Assembly (NCBI GenBank): GCA_946965045.2
Contig: OX337237.1
Coordinates: forward strand, 2,294,001-2,358,000
Source: Epithemia pelagica
Taxonomy: Eukaryota; Protista; Bacillariophyta
Reading direction: 5' to 3'
DNA: 64,000 nucleotides
The number at the start of each line of letters is the position of its first letter. The stretch's first letter is position 1. The position numbers and the translations under genes were made by a program. Under the pieces are notes generated by a model. The model searched no databases, had not been told where the DNA came from, and saw only the letters and a program-made list of their open reading frames with translations. Of the stretch, positions 23,575 through 37,075 are shown in pieces.

Positions 23575-24501
23575 TTAATTCAAGACACCATCATCATTCA
23601 TCAGTTGGCTGAGTTCCGATTGAGGAAGTTGCCAATTGTTGGATTTTTCGCGTTCAACCCAAGCTTCGGCATCTCTTAAACCATTCTCATAAAACTGCAG
23701 ATATGTGGAGAATCCTGATGATTGTGGCTGCGTGGCGACTTGGAACAACGTTTTCATTTGTTCCTCGACTTTTCCAGAGCTCATCGCGGGGCTGATACAA
23801 TCACGATCCGACACGGCCGTCAGTCCAATCACGTCTTGAGGGAAACACGAGATGCAAATCGTGCGATCAAGCTCAAGTTGTTCACGGTTTCCGATCTGAT
23901 CCGTTTCGGTCCGATGGCTTTCATCGGAAACTTCTGCCTGAGCAAAGTCAGGACATCCAAACCGTTCGCGTGGAACAGTGAAGAATCCATCCACCACCAA
24001 TCGAGGAATGTCCTTTCTCGTATCAATGCCAAAAGGGGAGGGAATAGAGAAAAATGGAAAGCTCGACGAGTGACAGACAGCTTCTGTCAAATCACCCGCG
24101 CTCTCAAAGGAAGTTTGCAAAACGGGTCCAAATCGAGGCAGCAGTTCTTGATAGGCAATGCCGACCAGACCTGTTCGCTTTTGTAGCCGATCGAAATGGA
24201 TATCTTGAATGCGTTCATTCATTTGTCCCCTCAATCCCTGTACGAGACCACTGCTACCACTGCCACCACCGCTCTTTTGGCTGCCATTCCCATAACAGTC
24301 AGTCGAAAGTTCTGCCGTGGCTTTTAGCATATCGTGAGAATCCAAACCGCAAGCATGGCATGCAACGGCAATGGCACCAGCGGAAGCACCCGCCAATGCC
24401 GTAGAATCTGTGAGGACATTGTGATGCGCAAGACCATCAAGGACACCCAAATGATAGGGAAACAACAATCCACCCGGTGACAGAGACAAACCTAGCTTCA
24501 T
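23575..24501 (-). CDS. Patatin-like phospholipase
   Basis: LSLSPGGLLFPYHLGV, nucleophile elbow GASAG and the DGF motif. Confidence 0.88.
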   Translation of the reverse strand: MKLGLSLSPGGLLFPYHLGVLDGLAHHNVLTDSTALAGASAGAIAVACHACGLDSHDMLKATAELSTDCYGNGSQKSGGGSGSSGLVQGLRGQMNERIQDIHFDRLQKRTGLVGIAYQELLPRFGPVLQTSFESAGDLTEAVCHSSSFPFFSIPSPFGIDTRKDIPRLVVDGFFTVPRERFGCPDFAQAEVSDESHRTETDQIGNREQLELDRTICISCFPQDVIGLTAVSDRDCISPAMSSGKVEEQMKTLFQVATQPQSSGFSTYLQFYENGLRDAEAWVEREKSNNWQLPQSELSQLMNDDGVLN

Positions 24502-25058
24502 CGTGAAGCGAAATAAATACATTGCAGTAAAAAATTGCGGAGGGAGAAACTGACACGTCATTGAGTCACACTTCAAAGTTTAGTCGCTGATATTCGTTCT
24601 GGTCGCTACTAGTGTAGAGTACAAGTGGCATTCGGCCTGCGCGACAGAAATAGGTCCGTTAAGTTCAATCAATAAAAAATAAAATAGCCTCTCTTCTGAC
24701 TGGCCTGCTCCTACAATACACCTACAACCTACAACCCTCCACTCTCAAAAACTGCTCTTTTTTGTCTCTGCCACCTTCAAAAAAAGGTACGCAGAACAAA
24801 GACATCATTTTTCGCTTTTGACTTTTGACGCACCAAATAGAAATTATCCAATTGCAAACTGGCACGCATACCCAGCTGAAGTTTTCGATGCTTTCTGAAA
24901 CAGACGCATGCCCAGCAAGCGTCCCCTGCGTGAATGACGGTTGGTCGGGCCACAGATACAGATGTCACAGACCACAAACATAGTCTTGTTCTCACATTTT
25001 GTGTATACGGAATCATCATTGCAGGAAGCACAACAAGAATACCCGTCCCATTTGAAAT

Positions 25059-26156
25059 ATGAAGCGACAGTATATCCTTCTAATCGCTTCGATCGTCTTT
25101 TCGATTTCAAGCTTGTTGCTGTCAATACAGAGCACTTCGATACCACGAAACCAATACCTCACAACCTTTGCATCCTCGAACCTCCTAGAGACGGGAGTTT
25201 ATCCCATTTCAAGCCACGATTCCTATGTTCCACTGGACACATTGGCAGATACTTATGTGGAAACAAAATGTCCTAGCGGTCTAGTGCTGATCGATGACAG
25301 GAGAAAAATAAATTCCACCGGGATTACGCAAGCTCTCACGCCGAGAAAAATCCCAAGAATTATCCACATGACATCCAAAAGTCGATGTGTCGTTCCGGCG
25401 CTTGCAAAAGTGATAAACACATGGAAGCAGTATCCTGATCACCAATTTTATTTTCACAATGATGCTGCCCTGCATCGTCTCATTTTCGAGAAACAGTGGT
25501 CGGAGTTCCCACAAATTCGTTTGGCAATGGAGTGTTCCAATTCAATGGTAGAACAAGCTGATCTGTGGCGAGCGCTCGTCATTTGGGAATATGGTGGTAT
25601 ATACACCGATATTGATAACCTGCCTAAGGGCTTTAACGCCACCACGACCTTGCAGGCTAGTGATGAGGCGTACTTCGAAGTGGAACGAGGAGGTTGGCTG
25701 AGTCAGTACTTTTTCGCAGCGGAACCCAAACACCCTCTCATGTACTTGTTGGTGATGCAAATCTGGCAACGTATTTTTGGTTTGCCGGACATTGCTGATC
25801 AGTATGCTCCTTACCTAACAGGACCTGGAGCTCTCAAGATTGCCATGAAACACTTTATGCAGACGCATACTATGCAAGTTGGGAAGGGTATCCATCCACA
25901 TGAAGTTTTTGAAAAAGTACGGGATGGACACTATGTTGGTTTGGCCAATAAAAGTGTAACGGTTGCTCCAAAGGCGTCTGCTGTCTCTCGAAGCGTATTG
26001 AGACGAAAAGGCCTGCTCTACGAGGCAATGAATATGACTCATTTTCACTCGACGGAGAGGAAATCGTCCAATGTCTCTTGTCTTAATCATCTTCTCATGA
26101 ATTTCCTTTCTCAAAGGAACGAATATGAATTCAAAGTTGCACAATCCGTTGACTAA
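25059..26156 (+). CDS. Glycosyltransferase, GT32-like (DxD sugar-binding), type II membrane; copy A
   Basis: N-terminal TM segment; KIPRIIHMT, ADLWRALVIWEYGGIYTDID, QYFFAAEPKHP, TGPGAL. Confidence 0.9.
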   Translation: MKRQYILLIASIVFSISSLLLSIQSTSIPRNQYLTTFASSNLLETGVYPISSHDSYVPLDTLADTYVETKCPSGLVLIDDRRKINSTGITQALTPRKIPRIIHMTSKSRCVVPALAKVINTWKQYPDHQFYFHNDAALHRLIFEKQWSEFPQIRLAMECSNSMVEQADLWRALVIWEYGGIYTDIDNLPKGFNATTTLQASDEAYFEVERGGWLSQYFFAAEPKHPLMYLLVMQIWQRIFGLPDIADQYAPYLTGPGALKIAMKHFMQTHTMQVGKGIHPHEVFEKVRDGHYVGLANKSVTVAPKASAVSRSVLRRKGLLYEAMNMTHFHSTERKSSNVSCLNHLLMNFLSQRNEYEFKVAQSVD

Positions 26157-26534
26157 AACAAACAAGTTCTTTCTATGCATATGAAAGATAAAATGTAGTC
26201 CTGCCAGATACAAGTTTAGTTTAACTGCAGCTTGTTGCTATTAGAAGTTGCGTCCTTATCCATCAAGGTTGGGGAGGATTTGTTGGTACTCCAGTCGGAG
26301 GAAAAGTGGGGTTTTATGCCCAGGTGCTGGCATTCAGGTGGGAGTGGGATATGGAAAACTCGCAATACTTGTTTTGTAACTTGCTTGGGATTGGTGATTG
26401 GGCAAGAGACAAGTTTGTTCTTGGTTGGGACTTGGGACCCTGCGAGTGAGTGTACGAGTACGAGTGATCGTACGAGTATCTAATATTACTCGTATCTTTT
26501 CTCTTTGTAACGATTGACGCTTTCCATTTGAAAT

Positions 26535-27598
26535 ATGAAGCGGCAGTATCTCCTTCTAATCGCTTTGATCGTCTTTTCGATTTCAAGCTTGTTGCTCTCA
26601 TTGCAGAGCACTTCGTTGATACCAAACCAATACCTCACAACCGTTGCATCCTCGAACCTACTGGAGACGGGAGTTTATCCCATTTCAAGCCATGATTCCT
26701 ATGTTCCACTGGACAAATTGGTAGACACGTATAGGGAAATAAAATGCCCTGACGGTCTAGTATTGATCGATGACAGGAGAAAAATAAATTCCACCTCCAT
26801 TACGCAAAATCTCACGCCGAGAAAAATCCCAAGAGTTATCCACATGACATCCAAAAGTCGATGTGTCGTTCCGGAGCTTGCAAAAGTGATAAACACATGG
26901 AAGCAGTATCCTGATCACCAATTTTATTTTCACAATGATGCTGCCCTGCATCGTCTCATTTTCGAGAAACAGTGGTCGGAGTTCCCACAAATTCGTTTGG
27001 CAATGGAGTGTTCCAATTCAATGGTAGAACAAGCTGATCTGTGGCGAGCGCTCGTCATTTGGGAATATGGTGGCATTTACACCGATATGATAACCTGCCA
27101 AATGGCTTTAACGCCACCACGACCTTGCAGGCTAGTGATGAGGCGTACTTCGAAGTGGAACGAGGAGGTTGGCTAAGTCAGTACTTTTTCGCAGCGGAAC
27201 CCAAACACCCTCTCATGTACTTGTTGGTGATGCAAATCTGGCAACGTATTTTTGGTTTGCCGGACATTGCTGATCAGTATGCTCCTTACCTAACAGGACC
27301 TGGAGCTCTCAAGATTGCCATGAAACACTTCATGCAAACGCACAAAGCGCCAGTGCATAAAGCTATATATAAAAGTTTTGAAAAAGTACGGGATGGACAC
27401 TATGTTGGTTTGGCCAATAAAAGTGTAACGGTTGCTCCAAAGGCGTCTGCTGTCTATCGAAACGTAGTGAGACGAAAAGACCTACTCTACGAGGCAATGA
27501 ATATGACTCATTTTCACTCGACGGAGAGGAAATCGTCCGATGTCTCTTGTCTTAATCATCTTCTCATGAATTTCCTGTCTCAAAGAGAATTAGTATGA
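26535..27598 (+). pseudogene. GT32-like tandem paralog, copy B; 1-nt deletion in the DxD motif
   Basis: Near-identical to copy A (offset about 1476 bp). GATATTGAT in A is GATATGAT in B at about 27088, splitting ORFs 26535..27176 and 27041..27598. Confidence 0.85.
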
Positions 27599-27731
27599 AA
27601 ACAAAAGGGGACGTTTCGTGAACTGAAACGAAAAGTTGTCTCTAATCAAATGAAACAGCACCATATTCCGTACACAAGTTTAGTTTAACACAATGTCATT
27701 ATTAGACTTGTCATGATTACACTTGGTATCC

Positions 27732-29482
27732 TCATCCCATCCAGCCAGTGGTTCGGAAATTTTCTCCTGCAAAGACAGTATTTTCGGCACCCAATTCTTC
27801 TTCAATACGAAGGAGTTGATTGTATTTGGCCAAACGTTCAGATCGGCAGGGGGCGCCTGTTTTGATTTGTCCGGTGCACAATCCTACTGCCAGGTCGGCA
27901 ATGTAGGTGTCTTCCGTTTCTCCCGATCGATGAGAGGTCATGACACCCCATCCTGCTTGTTTGGCTTTCTTGACGGCATTGATAGATTCTGTGACCGATC
28001 CAATTTGATTCACTTTCAACAACAAGCATGTGCAGGCCTTTTCGTCAATGGCGCGTCCAATCTTTTCAATGTTCGTGACGGTCAAATCATCTCCCACCAC
28101 TTGAAATTGTTCACCGTTCTTGGTCGTAAAAGCACTCCAATTTTCCCAATCATCTTCATCGAAGGGATCTTCAATGGTCACAATGGGGAAATCTGCCGCA
28201 AGGGATTGATACAGATTACCCAGTTCCTCTCCTGTAATAATGTTGCCATCGTACTTGAAATCCAAATCATAGGCATCTTGTCCCTTGACTTTGAATTCCG
28301 ATGCCGCCACATCCAGGCCAATAGTGCATTTTCCGGTATATCCGGATTTTTCTAAAGCCTCCATAATCAATTCACACCCCTCTCGGTTGTCGCAGGGAGG
28401 AGCAAAGCCTCCTTCATCTCCAATCAACGTGGCATCCCCTCCAAATTTAGCCTTGATGATTTTACCCAACGTATGATACACTTCACAACCAACTATCATC
28501 GAAACAAAAAGTTATCAAACAACAAGAGATAGCAGAACGCAACATACGTCGTATCAATGAGACTCGCATGCAAAGCTCCCGTCAGCCAACCACGAATTTG
28601 CCAATAAAATGGCTACAGCTTCAAGGAGCACTCCTTTTGAATACTCGCATAGAAACAACACCCACTCCAGGTACTTACTCTGCATGGCTTCGGCAAAACT
28701 CTTGGCACCAGTAGGAATGACAAAATATTCTTGAAAGGCCAACTTGTTTCCAGCATGCGATCCTCCATTGATCACGTTAAAACAGGGAATAGGCATGGTG
28801 AAAGTACCAAGGTCATTGCCGGCCAAATTAGCAAAATGCTTATAGAGTGGTACTTGATTGGCAGCAGCTCCTGCCTTCGCCACGGCCAAGGAGACACCCA
28901 AAATGGCGTTGGCGCCAAGGTTTGCCTTGTTGGGAGTCCCATCTAGGGCAATCATGGCATTGTCCACACTGGTCTGATCAGTAGGATCCATCCCCTTGAC
29001 AGCTGGACCAAGGACGTCCTTGACATTGGCAATGGCTTGCAAGACCCCCTTGCCGCCATAGCGATCCTTGTCGCCATCCCGCAATTCGACAGCTTCATAG
29101 GCACCCGTACTGGCTCCACTGGGAACGGACGCTCGAAATAATCCATCCTCTGTTTCCACTTCCACCTCGACGGTTGGGTTTCCACGTGAATCCAAAATCT
29201 CCCGAGCAAAGACGTCCTTAATGGTGGACGCACTCATTCGAGTGGTTCCCGATGTGGAAGGGTTGGAGGATTGGGCCATTGGAACAAAGGCCTCGACTGG
29301 TATTGACAATTTGGAAGAAGACAACGGGGCAAGCATTGCATATGTGTGAGAGGCGTATATGACAACGGCGCAGTAAACTGAAGTTTTCTCTTCCTCTTGT
29401 CGACATGGTCACAAATTGGAAAGTGTCGAACCGCCACCTTACCGGCAGAGAGCAGAACAAGGACAGCCGACGCAAACTTCAT
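27732..29482 (-). CDS. ENO: Enolase, plastid-targeted; exons 29482-29443, 29296-28679 and 28492-27732 (472 aa)
   Basis: [66 protein letters not shown]. Spliced presequence [19 protein letters not shown]. Confidence 0.97.
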
Positions 29483-30297
29483 AAGAATAGTAGAAACGTG
29501 ATAAATTTTCGAAGAGGGGAAGTAGTATGACGTGATGCAACAAGATGAAAGCAGAGCCGTGATCTTTTTATGGAGAGGTCAGAAATGCGACGACAAAGAT
29601 TTCTGATGGACGGGAGTCGAAAAGATACTCTTCTCTCTTGGCCTGGGTCGGTCCATCCATATTACGCCCTATCACACCATATATCTATCAGAGGGATTGT
29701 CTCCTACCCTTTTGCTTGGAAACGGGTGATTCTTCTTGAAGCGCGACTAACAATAGCTTAGGAGTACCTTTCTGTGATTGGAATCTCTTGTCGAAGGTCG
29801 ACGGACACGCAGATTCGAATGGATTAGTGTGTCCTCCGCTCGATGTAGCAACGGCTTCAAACTTCCACGTGTGGGTGTAGCTTTGTCACGCTCCACAGAC
29901 AAAGTGACACAGCCAACAAACGCGAAGCCAAGACAACTTCAACCCAACCATCATCCACCTCGTCGTGCGGACGAAAGGGTTCCCCGTGGATCTTTTACCG
30001 CATCCAATTAGGTACGCTTTCTTTCGTCCCCGTCTTTTTTTGGGTGGTTGATGTGTGTCACCCACTAACCATAGCGCAAGCAAACGAAGGTTACGACTTA
30101 CGACAGCTCTTGTTCAACGTTCGAACTCGTTGCTCACCTCGTCGTACAAGAGCGAAAACTTCTTTCGGTGGTTCGGTTGGTGGAGCGGAGGTCAACCGTC
30201 AACAAGCATCAAGTACTCTTCTTTCTTCCTTGGTTCGATTGAGAAACTTCGATCTCTGCCGACCACAACACGATAAGCAACAACAACGACAAGCACG

Positions 30298-33200
30298 ATG
30301 ATGAATTCGTTGGCAACCTTTTTTCTTTCAATACTATTTTGTGCGTGTAGCACCATCACGACACTTGATGCCTTTTCCGTGGCACCGACCTTTGTGGCGA
30401 AGAATCCTTCCTTGCGGTCGTCTTCCTTTGTCAAGAGAAAACGATCTTCCATCTCCGCAGCATCTTCCTTCATGTACGATAATTCTCCTACTTCGATACA
30501 ACGGAGATCTTCCGATTGTCGCAATGGAATGACCATGTTGGTGGAATCAAGTGGTGGTATGGAAGAATTGACGGAGTTGACGGAAGCGGCCGATCAGCAA
30601 CAGCCCTTTCTGGCCAAACGAGTCCGCAAATCTCCGGCCTTGTTCAAACTGGCTGGAATTGCTTCCATTCCCATTTCAGCCGTCTTGGGATTCGGCTTGG
30701 TCCCTTCTCGTCGTATTGTCGCGCATGGAGTCGGCGCGGTCTTGACAGGGATTGCCGGTGCGGTGGGCAAATCACGCTTGGATGCCATGACGGAAGCCAA
30801 CGCCAAACCAGCCTTGGCACAAGCCTTGATCGATTCCGGATTGGAGAATATCGATGCGGCGCAAGATGCGGTCCAAAAAGTCCAGGAAAGTTTTGGTATC
30901 GCGGATGAAGACTTTGAAGATTTGTGTGTTACCATTTACTCTGTCTACTTGCTCGGTATGGTTAAGTATCAACCCATGGCGAAAACCAGTGAAATCAAGG
31001 AATTGCAGTCGTTAAAGGCAGCCCTTTCCTTGGACAATTTGCAAGTGGGTGAAGCGCATCACCGTGCGGCACAGGAATGGTACCGACAAACTTGTTTGTT
31101 TACACCCGAAGAAGAGTTGGAAGACCCAGGTCATCCCGATCGAGTTGCCATGGACAAGTTCTTGTTTCTTTCGGAACGAGCCTTATCGGAAGAAACACCT
31201 CAAGCCTTTGTTTTTGAAATGACTCGGTTGGCCAAGGCCATGAACTTGTCCTACACGCAAGCTCTGGAACGTGTGGCCGAAACGGCTGAACCCTTTTATC
31301 AACGTGCCTTGAAATCGACACGATCCAAGTTGGGGACGAACCAAGTTAGCTCCAGCATGTTGGAACGAGCCCGCAATACGTTAGGTATTTCCGAAAGCAC
31401 TGCCGCGGACTTGCACGTTGCTAGCTTTAACGAACATGTACGAGAATTGTTGGGTGTCCAAGCTGTTTTGGAAGCGTCAGCCGAAGAAGACGAAGAGGAC
31501 GAACGCGCCACCCCCGAACAGGACTTAGACAAGCTTGTCTTTCCCGAAGGGGCCATGGAGCAGGTACGTGTGGAACAAGTGCACAAAATGCGAAAACGGA
31601 ACATTGCATTGTCTTACCTGTTTTGCTGACGTATCCGTATTTGTTGGTGTAGTTGGAACAATTGCGAGAAATTTTGGGTCTGACGGAGGTTGATGCGAAT
31701 TACGAGATTTCCCTCGAGGCAACACCCTTGTTCCAGTCAACGGCCTTGGCAGCCATGGAGCGCGTTTTGGATGGAAAATCATCACCAGACGAAGCATGGA
31801 AGGTGATGGAAGAACGTCGGACAGAGCTTTTGCTCAATGACGAGTCGAGTCGAAAACTCATGAAATCCATGGTCATGCAAGCCTTGGGAGGTCCCTTGGA
31901 ACGAACCAACAAATTTGCCAAAGTCAACAATGAAGCCGCCACCTACGACAATTTGTTGGAGGCTCTTGAGGCCAAGGAAGCGCTCATTGCCATTTTGACG
32001 AAATCAGGATGGGATGAATTTGAAGGTGGATCAGCATTTGATGAAACCTTTTGCAATCCATGGGACAAACAGTCGGCCAATGGCTTCTTGTTGTCCGATG
32101 AACGCATCAAGCTCTACCGCATATTTTTGACAAGATCCATTCGAAAATCCGACTCGCCCGATGGAATCTTGTCCGATGAAGCCTTTGATAAGATTCGACA
32201 AGTTCAGGGACTGCTGGGCATCACCGATATGCAAGCCGAAATTGAAGCGCGAGGAGCCTTTGGACCGAATTTGAAAAAGGTTTTGGATACGGCGACAAGC
32301 GAAATCGTCGAAGACTTTACCAAGGATTTGTACAAGAACATGAAACAACGGGTTCAAGATGTTATGACGAATTATCGATTGACAGATGACTTTCTGCGAG
32401 AAATCGGTGCCTCGTTTTACGCAAAGGCCGTGGCGTTGGTTTCGGAAAGTGCTCCGGGAGGAATTCCCACCAAGGAGAACTCGGACGCATTGGAAGCCCT
32501 GCAAGACATCTACAAGATGGCGAAGGAAGAAACGTATGCTTCTCACATGGAGTATTTCGGCAGTGTGTACAAAAAGTCTGTCTTGGAGGCCATGGGTACC
32601 ACTGGTGTCATTCGACCAGAATTTCGGGCTCCCTTGGATGACTTGCAATCCCGATTGGGTGTTTCGGAACAAGATTCGAAAGCACTATTCACGGAAGCTG
32701 TGGAAGAGAAGGTAGTTCCCATGCTTAAATGGGTAGGCAGTGAAATGGAACGCACCATGCTTACCCAAAAGCAATTGGCGCAGCGTCGTAACAAGGATAT
32801 GGGAGAAGACGTCTTCCAAACTGGAAAGGGTGCCGATGGTGTGCTGGGATTGGGAGCGGAGGTGAATATCATGAGTGACATTATGGAGGTCGTGGACTTT
32901 TACCGTGAGAATGAAGTGGCTTATGCGGATCCCAGCGATGAAGAGGGCAAAAAGATGATTTATCCCGTAACCGCCTTGGGTGCAGGTGCCATTGACCAAG
33001 AATTGGCGGAGCTCTTGTACAGACAATTCATTGTTGGTGGATTCACAACACAAGGCGAAAAGGGAATTCGCTACGAAGAAGCGAGAGATACGTTTGCTGG
33101 TATTTTGGGATTGGAAGACTTCAAAATTGAAGAAATCAAAAACAACATTGCGTCAACCGTGTACGACAACCTGGTGACAAACTCTCTCAAGACCAAGGGA

Positions 33201-33833
33201 TCGTTGGACCAACAAGACATGATGTTCTTGGGAAATATTCAAACAAAAATGAACTTGTCCGCTGAAGAGGGAGAAAAGCTCCTACTTCAGTCGCAGAAGA
33301 AGGTGCTCTCCGAAGAAGTGAACGCCATTATGGACGACCCGACACCTGAGGCAATCAAGGCCTTCCGAGAACGATGCAATTCCATGGGTGTAGACATGAG
33401 CGAAGATGTAGGAATTTCCAAACAAAGATTAACACGTATGTTTGAATCCGAAATCACACCCGGCCTCAAGAGTGGGGCAATCACTGCTGGAGACGAAGAA
33501 AGCACGGAGTTACTGAGTGAGGTCCAAGATTCCATGGGATTGGAAGAAGAAGAATGCGACGCCATGTTAGAGACCTTGATTATGAGGTTGGCGAAGAACG
33601 CCATGGACCTGGTAAATGCCGAATTACTGCGTGGACGTGAAGAAAACGCTGTTGAGCTCATCAAGGAATTGGTATGCTATGCGCAATTCACGGATGGAGA
33701 ATTGAGTTTGACAGTGGAAGAATCCATGGCCAATCAAGTCGTGAACATTTATGAAGCCCTGGATTGGACCGATGTGGACTCAGAAGTCGTAGAAGTAGAC
33801 CTGAAATTGTTGCGTTTAGCAATGGGTCTATGA
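30298..33833 (+). CDS. TIC110: Tic110-like plastid inner-envelope translocon subunit; exons 30298-31563 and 31653-33833 (1148 aa)
   Basis: Bipartite presequence (TLDA-FSVAP), two adjacent N-terminal hydrophobic segments, then a long all-helical domain (LKAALSLDNLQVGEAH, DKFLFLSERAL). An 89-bp GT-AG intron is in frame. Confidence 0.75.
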
Positions 33834-34019
33834 TAGGATAAAACAGGATATAAACTTTAAAGAGATTATTTTTTTACATACTATGTACGACGTCCCCATC
33901 CTCTCTTTTTATAGTTTGTTTCATAGGATAAAGCTGGAGCACCCCATCGTAGAGGCGCAAACATGTTGTGGGGAAGGAAGTGCGAGAAGCAATGGTGGAC
34001 CGCTAGACACTTCGTGGTG

Positions 34020-37000
34020 TCAAAGAGTAGCTCCCAACGGCTCTTCCACGCTTGAAGTTTCTCATTTGACCAAGAAAGGCCGCCGCTTAGGAGTCGCCTT
34101 GGCTACCAACAAAATTAGCAGGAAAGCAGCACGGACCTTTTATCGGTCGATCTTTCTTCCGTCCATGACATACTCTCTTCCGAGTACCCATTTGTCTCCT
34201 AAAGAATGCCAAACTATCCACAAATCCTCGACGGGTCCAATTTTGAATTCCTTCGGCTTCCCTCGAAATTTTCCTCATGCGATGGCTTTTGCTCCTCAAG
34301 ATCTCGGGGGCGTCGGACTTACCCATCTTTGGGTGGAACAAGGCAGTCAACATCTCCATTCCATCTTGCTTCCGACTCTTCGTGGTCCTTCGCACATCCT
34401 ACGCAAGACGTTGGTCATACTCCTCAAATGGGCCCACCTTTATTCCGGCTTCATCTTCCATCCGTTGCAAGACGTCGATTTGCGCATTCCCTATCTCCCA
34501 AAAGGCTGGTTCCAGGTTACTCGCGACTTTCTTGCCGCCAGTAATGCACGGTTGGAATTTCCCGAGGACGACTTTCCTACCCCACGGCTGCTACGAACAG
34601 GCGACTCTAATTTGATGGAAACCGCATGCTGCGGTAAATGGACCCCGCGAGAACTTATGCATATCAACAATTGTAGATTGTTTCTGAAAGTCAGGTTCCT
34701 CTCCGAAATCTGCACTTTGATGGGCGACGAACTTTATGCACCATGTATCACAGGCGAATCACCCGCCTTGTCGCAACCCCTCCCCACAGAACTATGGCCC
34801 ATCCAACAATGTCCCGGTACAGCTCAATGGTTGTTGTTTCGTCGCTTTTTGCGTTACACGTACTGCCGCCACCAACGCACCAACAAACTCCAAGACACAC
34901 TCGGCAGCTGGCTTCCTACTTAAACCTCGCGGTTATGGCCAGCTACTACAACACCCAGAACGATCAAATCCTCATTCGTTGCCATGGTGAGTCCTTTCTC
35001 CGCTATCGGACTTCAGCCCGCGGCATCACGGCGCTCTATGACCGCACCATAGAAGTCCCTGTCTACCCGATACTCCACAAATTACCCGACAAATGCTTCC
35101 CCACTCGCGTGGATTGGCCTAGACGAATGTGCGCTGTCCCCCCCGTATTCGATTACGACGGACGGTATGATCCAGGGTCTCCCCCACCTGGCGTGCTCGA
35201 CCATTTTCAACATCAGCACCCCTATTTCGAAGATCTCGAGTTTGTGGCGTCGGAATCAGGACTTCAACAGCTCTTTGATGCTTTCAACACAACTGTCAAT
35301 CTCCCGGAGGTATATTTTGTCTGTGATGGCGGCTCCCGGCCCCCCACTGGCTCCTTTGGCTGGGTCATAGGTGATGAGCATGATGAATGGCTTAAAACCA
35401 ATGGGCCAGCCATGGGTTGGCCCATGTCGTCGTTCCGGGCTGAAGCGTGGTCCATCTGGAATTTATTAAGTTTTCTCTGTCATCTACTCAAGCATTATGG
35501 GTTCCACGGGAATCCGATACAGATCCTCACTCTCTACACCGACAGCCTCAGCTTCATACAACGGTTCAACGAACTCCGATCATACGGTGACCAGTGGTAT
35601 TCCTCTATCTTTATGAGGAAAGACATTGATCTCTTTACGGAAATTTTCGCTACCCTTCGTCAATTTCCCTACTACGTCCAATTCGAACATGTCCCCGGCC
35701 ACCAAGACACTGCGGTCAGTTACTACTTCTTATCCCGACCAGCGCAACTCAATGTCCAGGCCGACACAATGGCCACGGCAGCTTTGAACCGTCAACCTTA
35801 CGGCACAAGTCCAACGATTCCCCTTCTTCCTAACACCAAGGTCCGCCTTATCTCCATGGCGTATGGGCCTCATACGGGTGATGAACTTTCAACCTTGCGC
35901 AAATTATTCCCGGGCAAACGTCTTGCGGCGTACTTCCATCACAAATTCGAATGGACCGATACGACCCACAATCTCATTGACTGGGTTGCCTTCGAACAGG
36001 CTAATGCCAAAACCGACATCTCTCGCACATTCCTGTCCAAACTTCTGGCGGGATGGCTACCCACTAATTCGCGCCTGTCCCGATATGAACCTATTTCGGC
36101 TCAGTGCCCTTGTTGCCCGAGTGAAGAAACGCAAACACACCTTTACACGTGCCGAAGTTACCAGCCATGGCGAGATGAATTTCGCACGAAGATCGATGAA
36201 CAACTCCGACAACTCTACACGGAACCAAGCCTCCATACCCATATCCTCCAGTGTTTTGACCATATCCTACGTTCTCCGCCGTCTAGCACTCCCGAACCGT
36301 GCCAGGATGACGACCTGAATGATTATGGTGCAATGCTACTCTTTCGGGGATTTCTTCCGAAAGGTTGGAGCATCCATCAGACCGAATATTTAGCCGCCCA
36401 TCCCCATATTACCGACCAGAAACACCCACCTCCCCCGTGGGCACCAACTATGATCTCTCATCTTTGGAATGCCAGCAAAGACCTGTGGACGCGCAGGAAC
36501 CTGGTAGTCCACAAGCACCTTAATGCAGAAAGCCCCCACACCCGTCGGCGCGTCGAAAACATGATCCGTCAAATGTACCGCGAGGGCCAAACGCTCAATC
36601 ACATTGATCGCGCCCCGTTCGAACAACCCCTGTCGCAACGTCTCTCCTCTTCTACGGCCGAACTACAAGACTGGCTCATAGTTATGGGTCCGGTGGTTGC
36701 AGCGGGCCTCAAAAGACAATCCACTCAGCAACACCTCAATACACCAGACATACGCCGCTTCTACCCACAAATTGCCATCAGCCACTCCAAGAGGACACCA
36801 CGCCCGTCCCCTTCTCATCACCAAGATCAATGCATCCATACCCAACAAGACATTCGAGCTTACTTCCCGTTTATTCGTAAATCCCGCTCCCACTCTATCA
36901 CAAACACCACAGGGGACAACAACCACCCCTCCTAAGGAATGTTCTCGATCTCAGCTCCTATGTCCCTTACTCGTCCTCCATTATTTCTTTATTTCCCCAA

Positions 37001-37075
37001 ACCCGTCGCTCCGGCCGCGGTAGACGATTCCTCCTAATGTATGCCACTAGATTCGGATAGTCTTTAAAACTAAGA
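34020..37075 (+). mobile_element. 5'-truncated non-LTR retrotransposon (LINE) with RT C-terminus, RNase H and C-terminal Zn finger; frameshift near 34930; boundaries approximate
   Basis: FLPSMTYSLP and FAPQDLGGVGL (RT thumb region); YFVCDGG, SSFRAEA, LYTDS, FEHVPGHQD and LNVQADTMA (RNase H); CPCCPSEETQTHLYTC. No APE or RT catalytic core. TSD not found. Confidence 0.88.

Noticed and set aside
33880-34020. 5' inversion or TSD of the LINE
   Set aside because: The reverse complement does not translate into LINE-like sequence, and only weak similarity (TAYRTACGAC) to the 3' flank was found.
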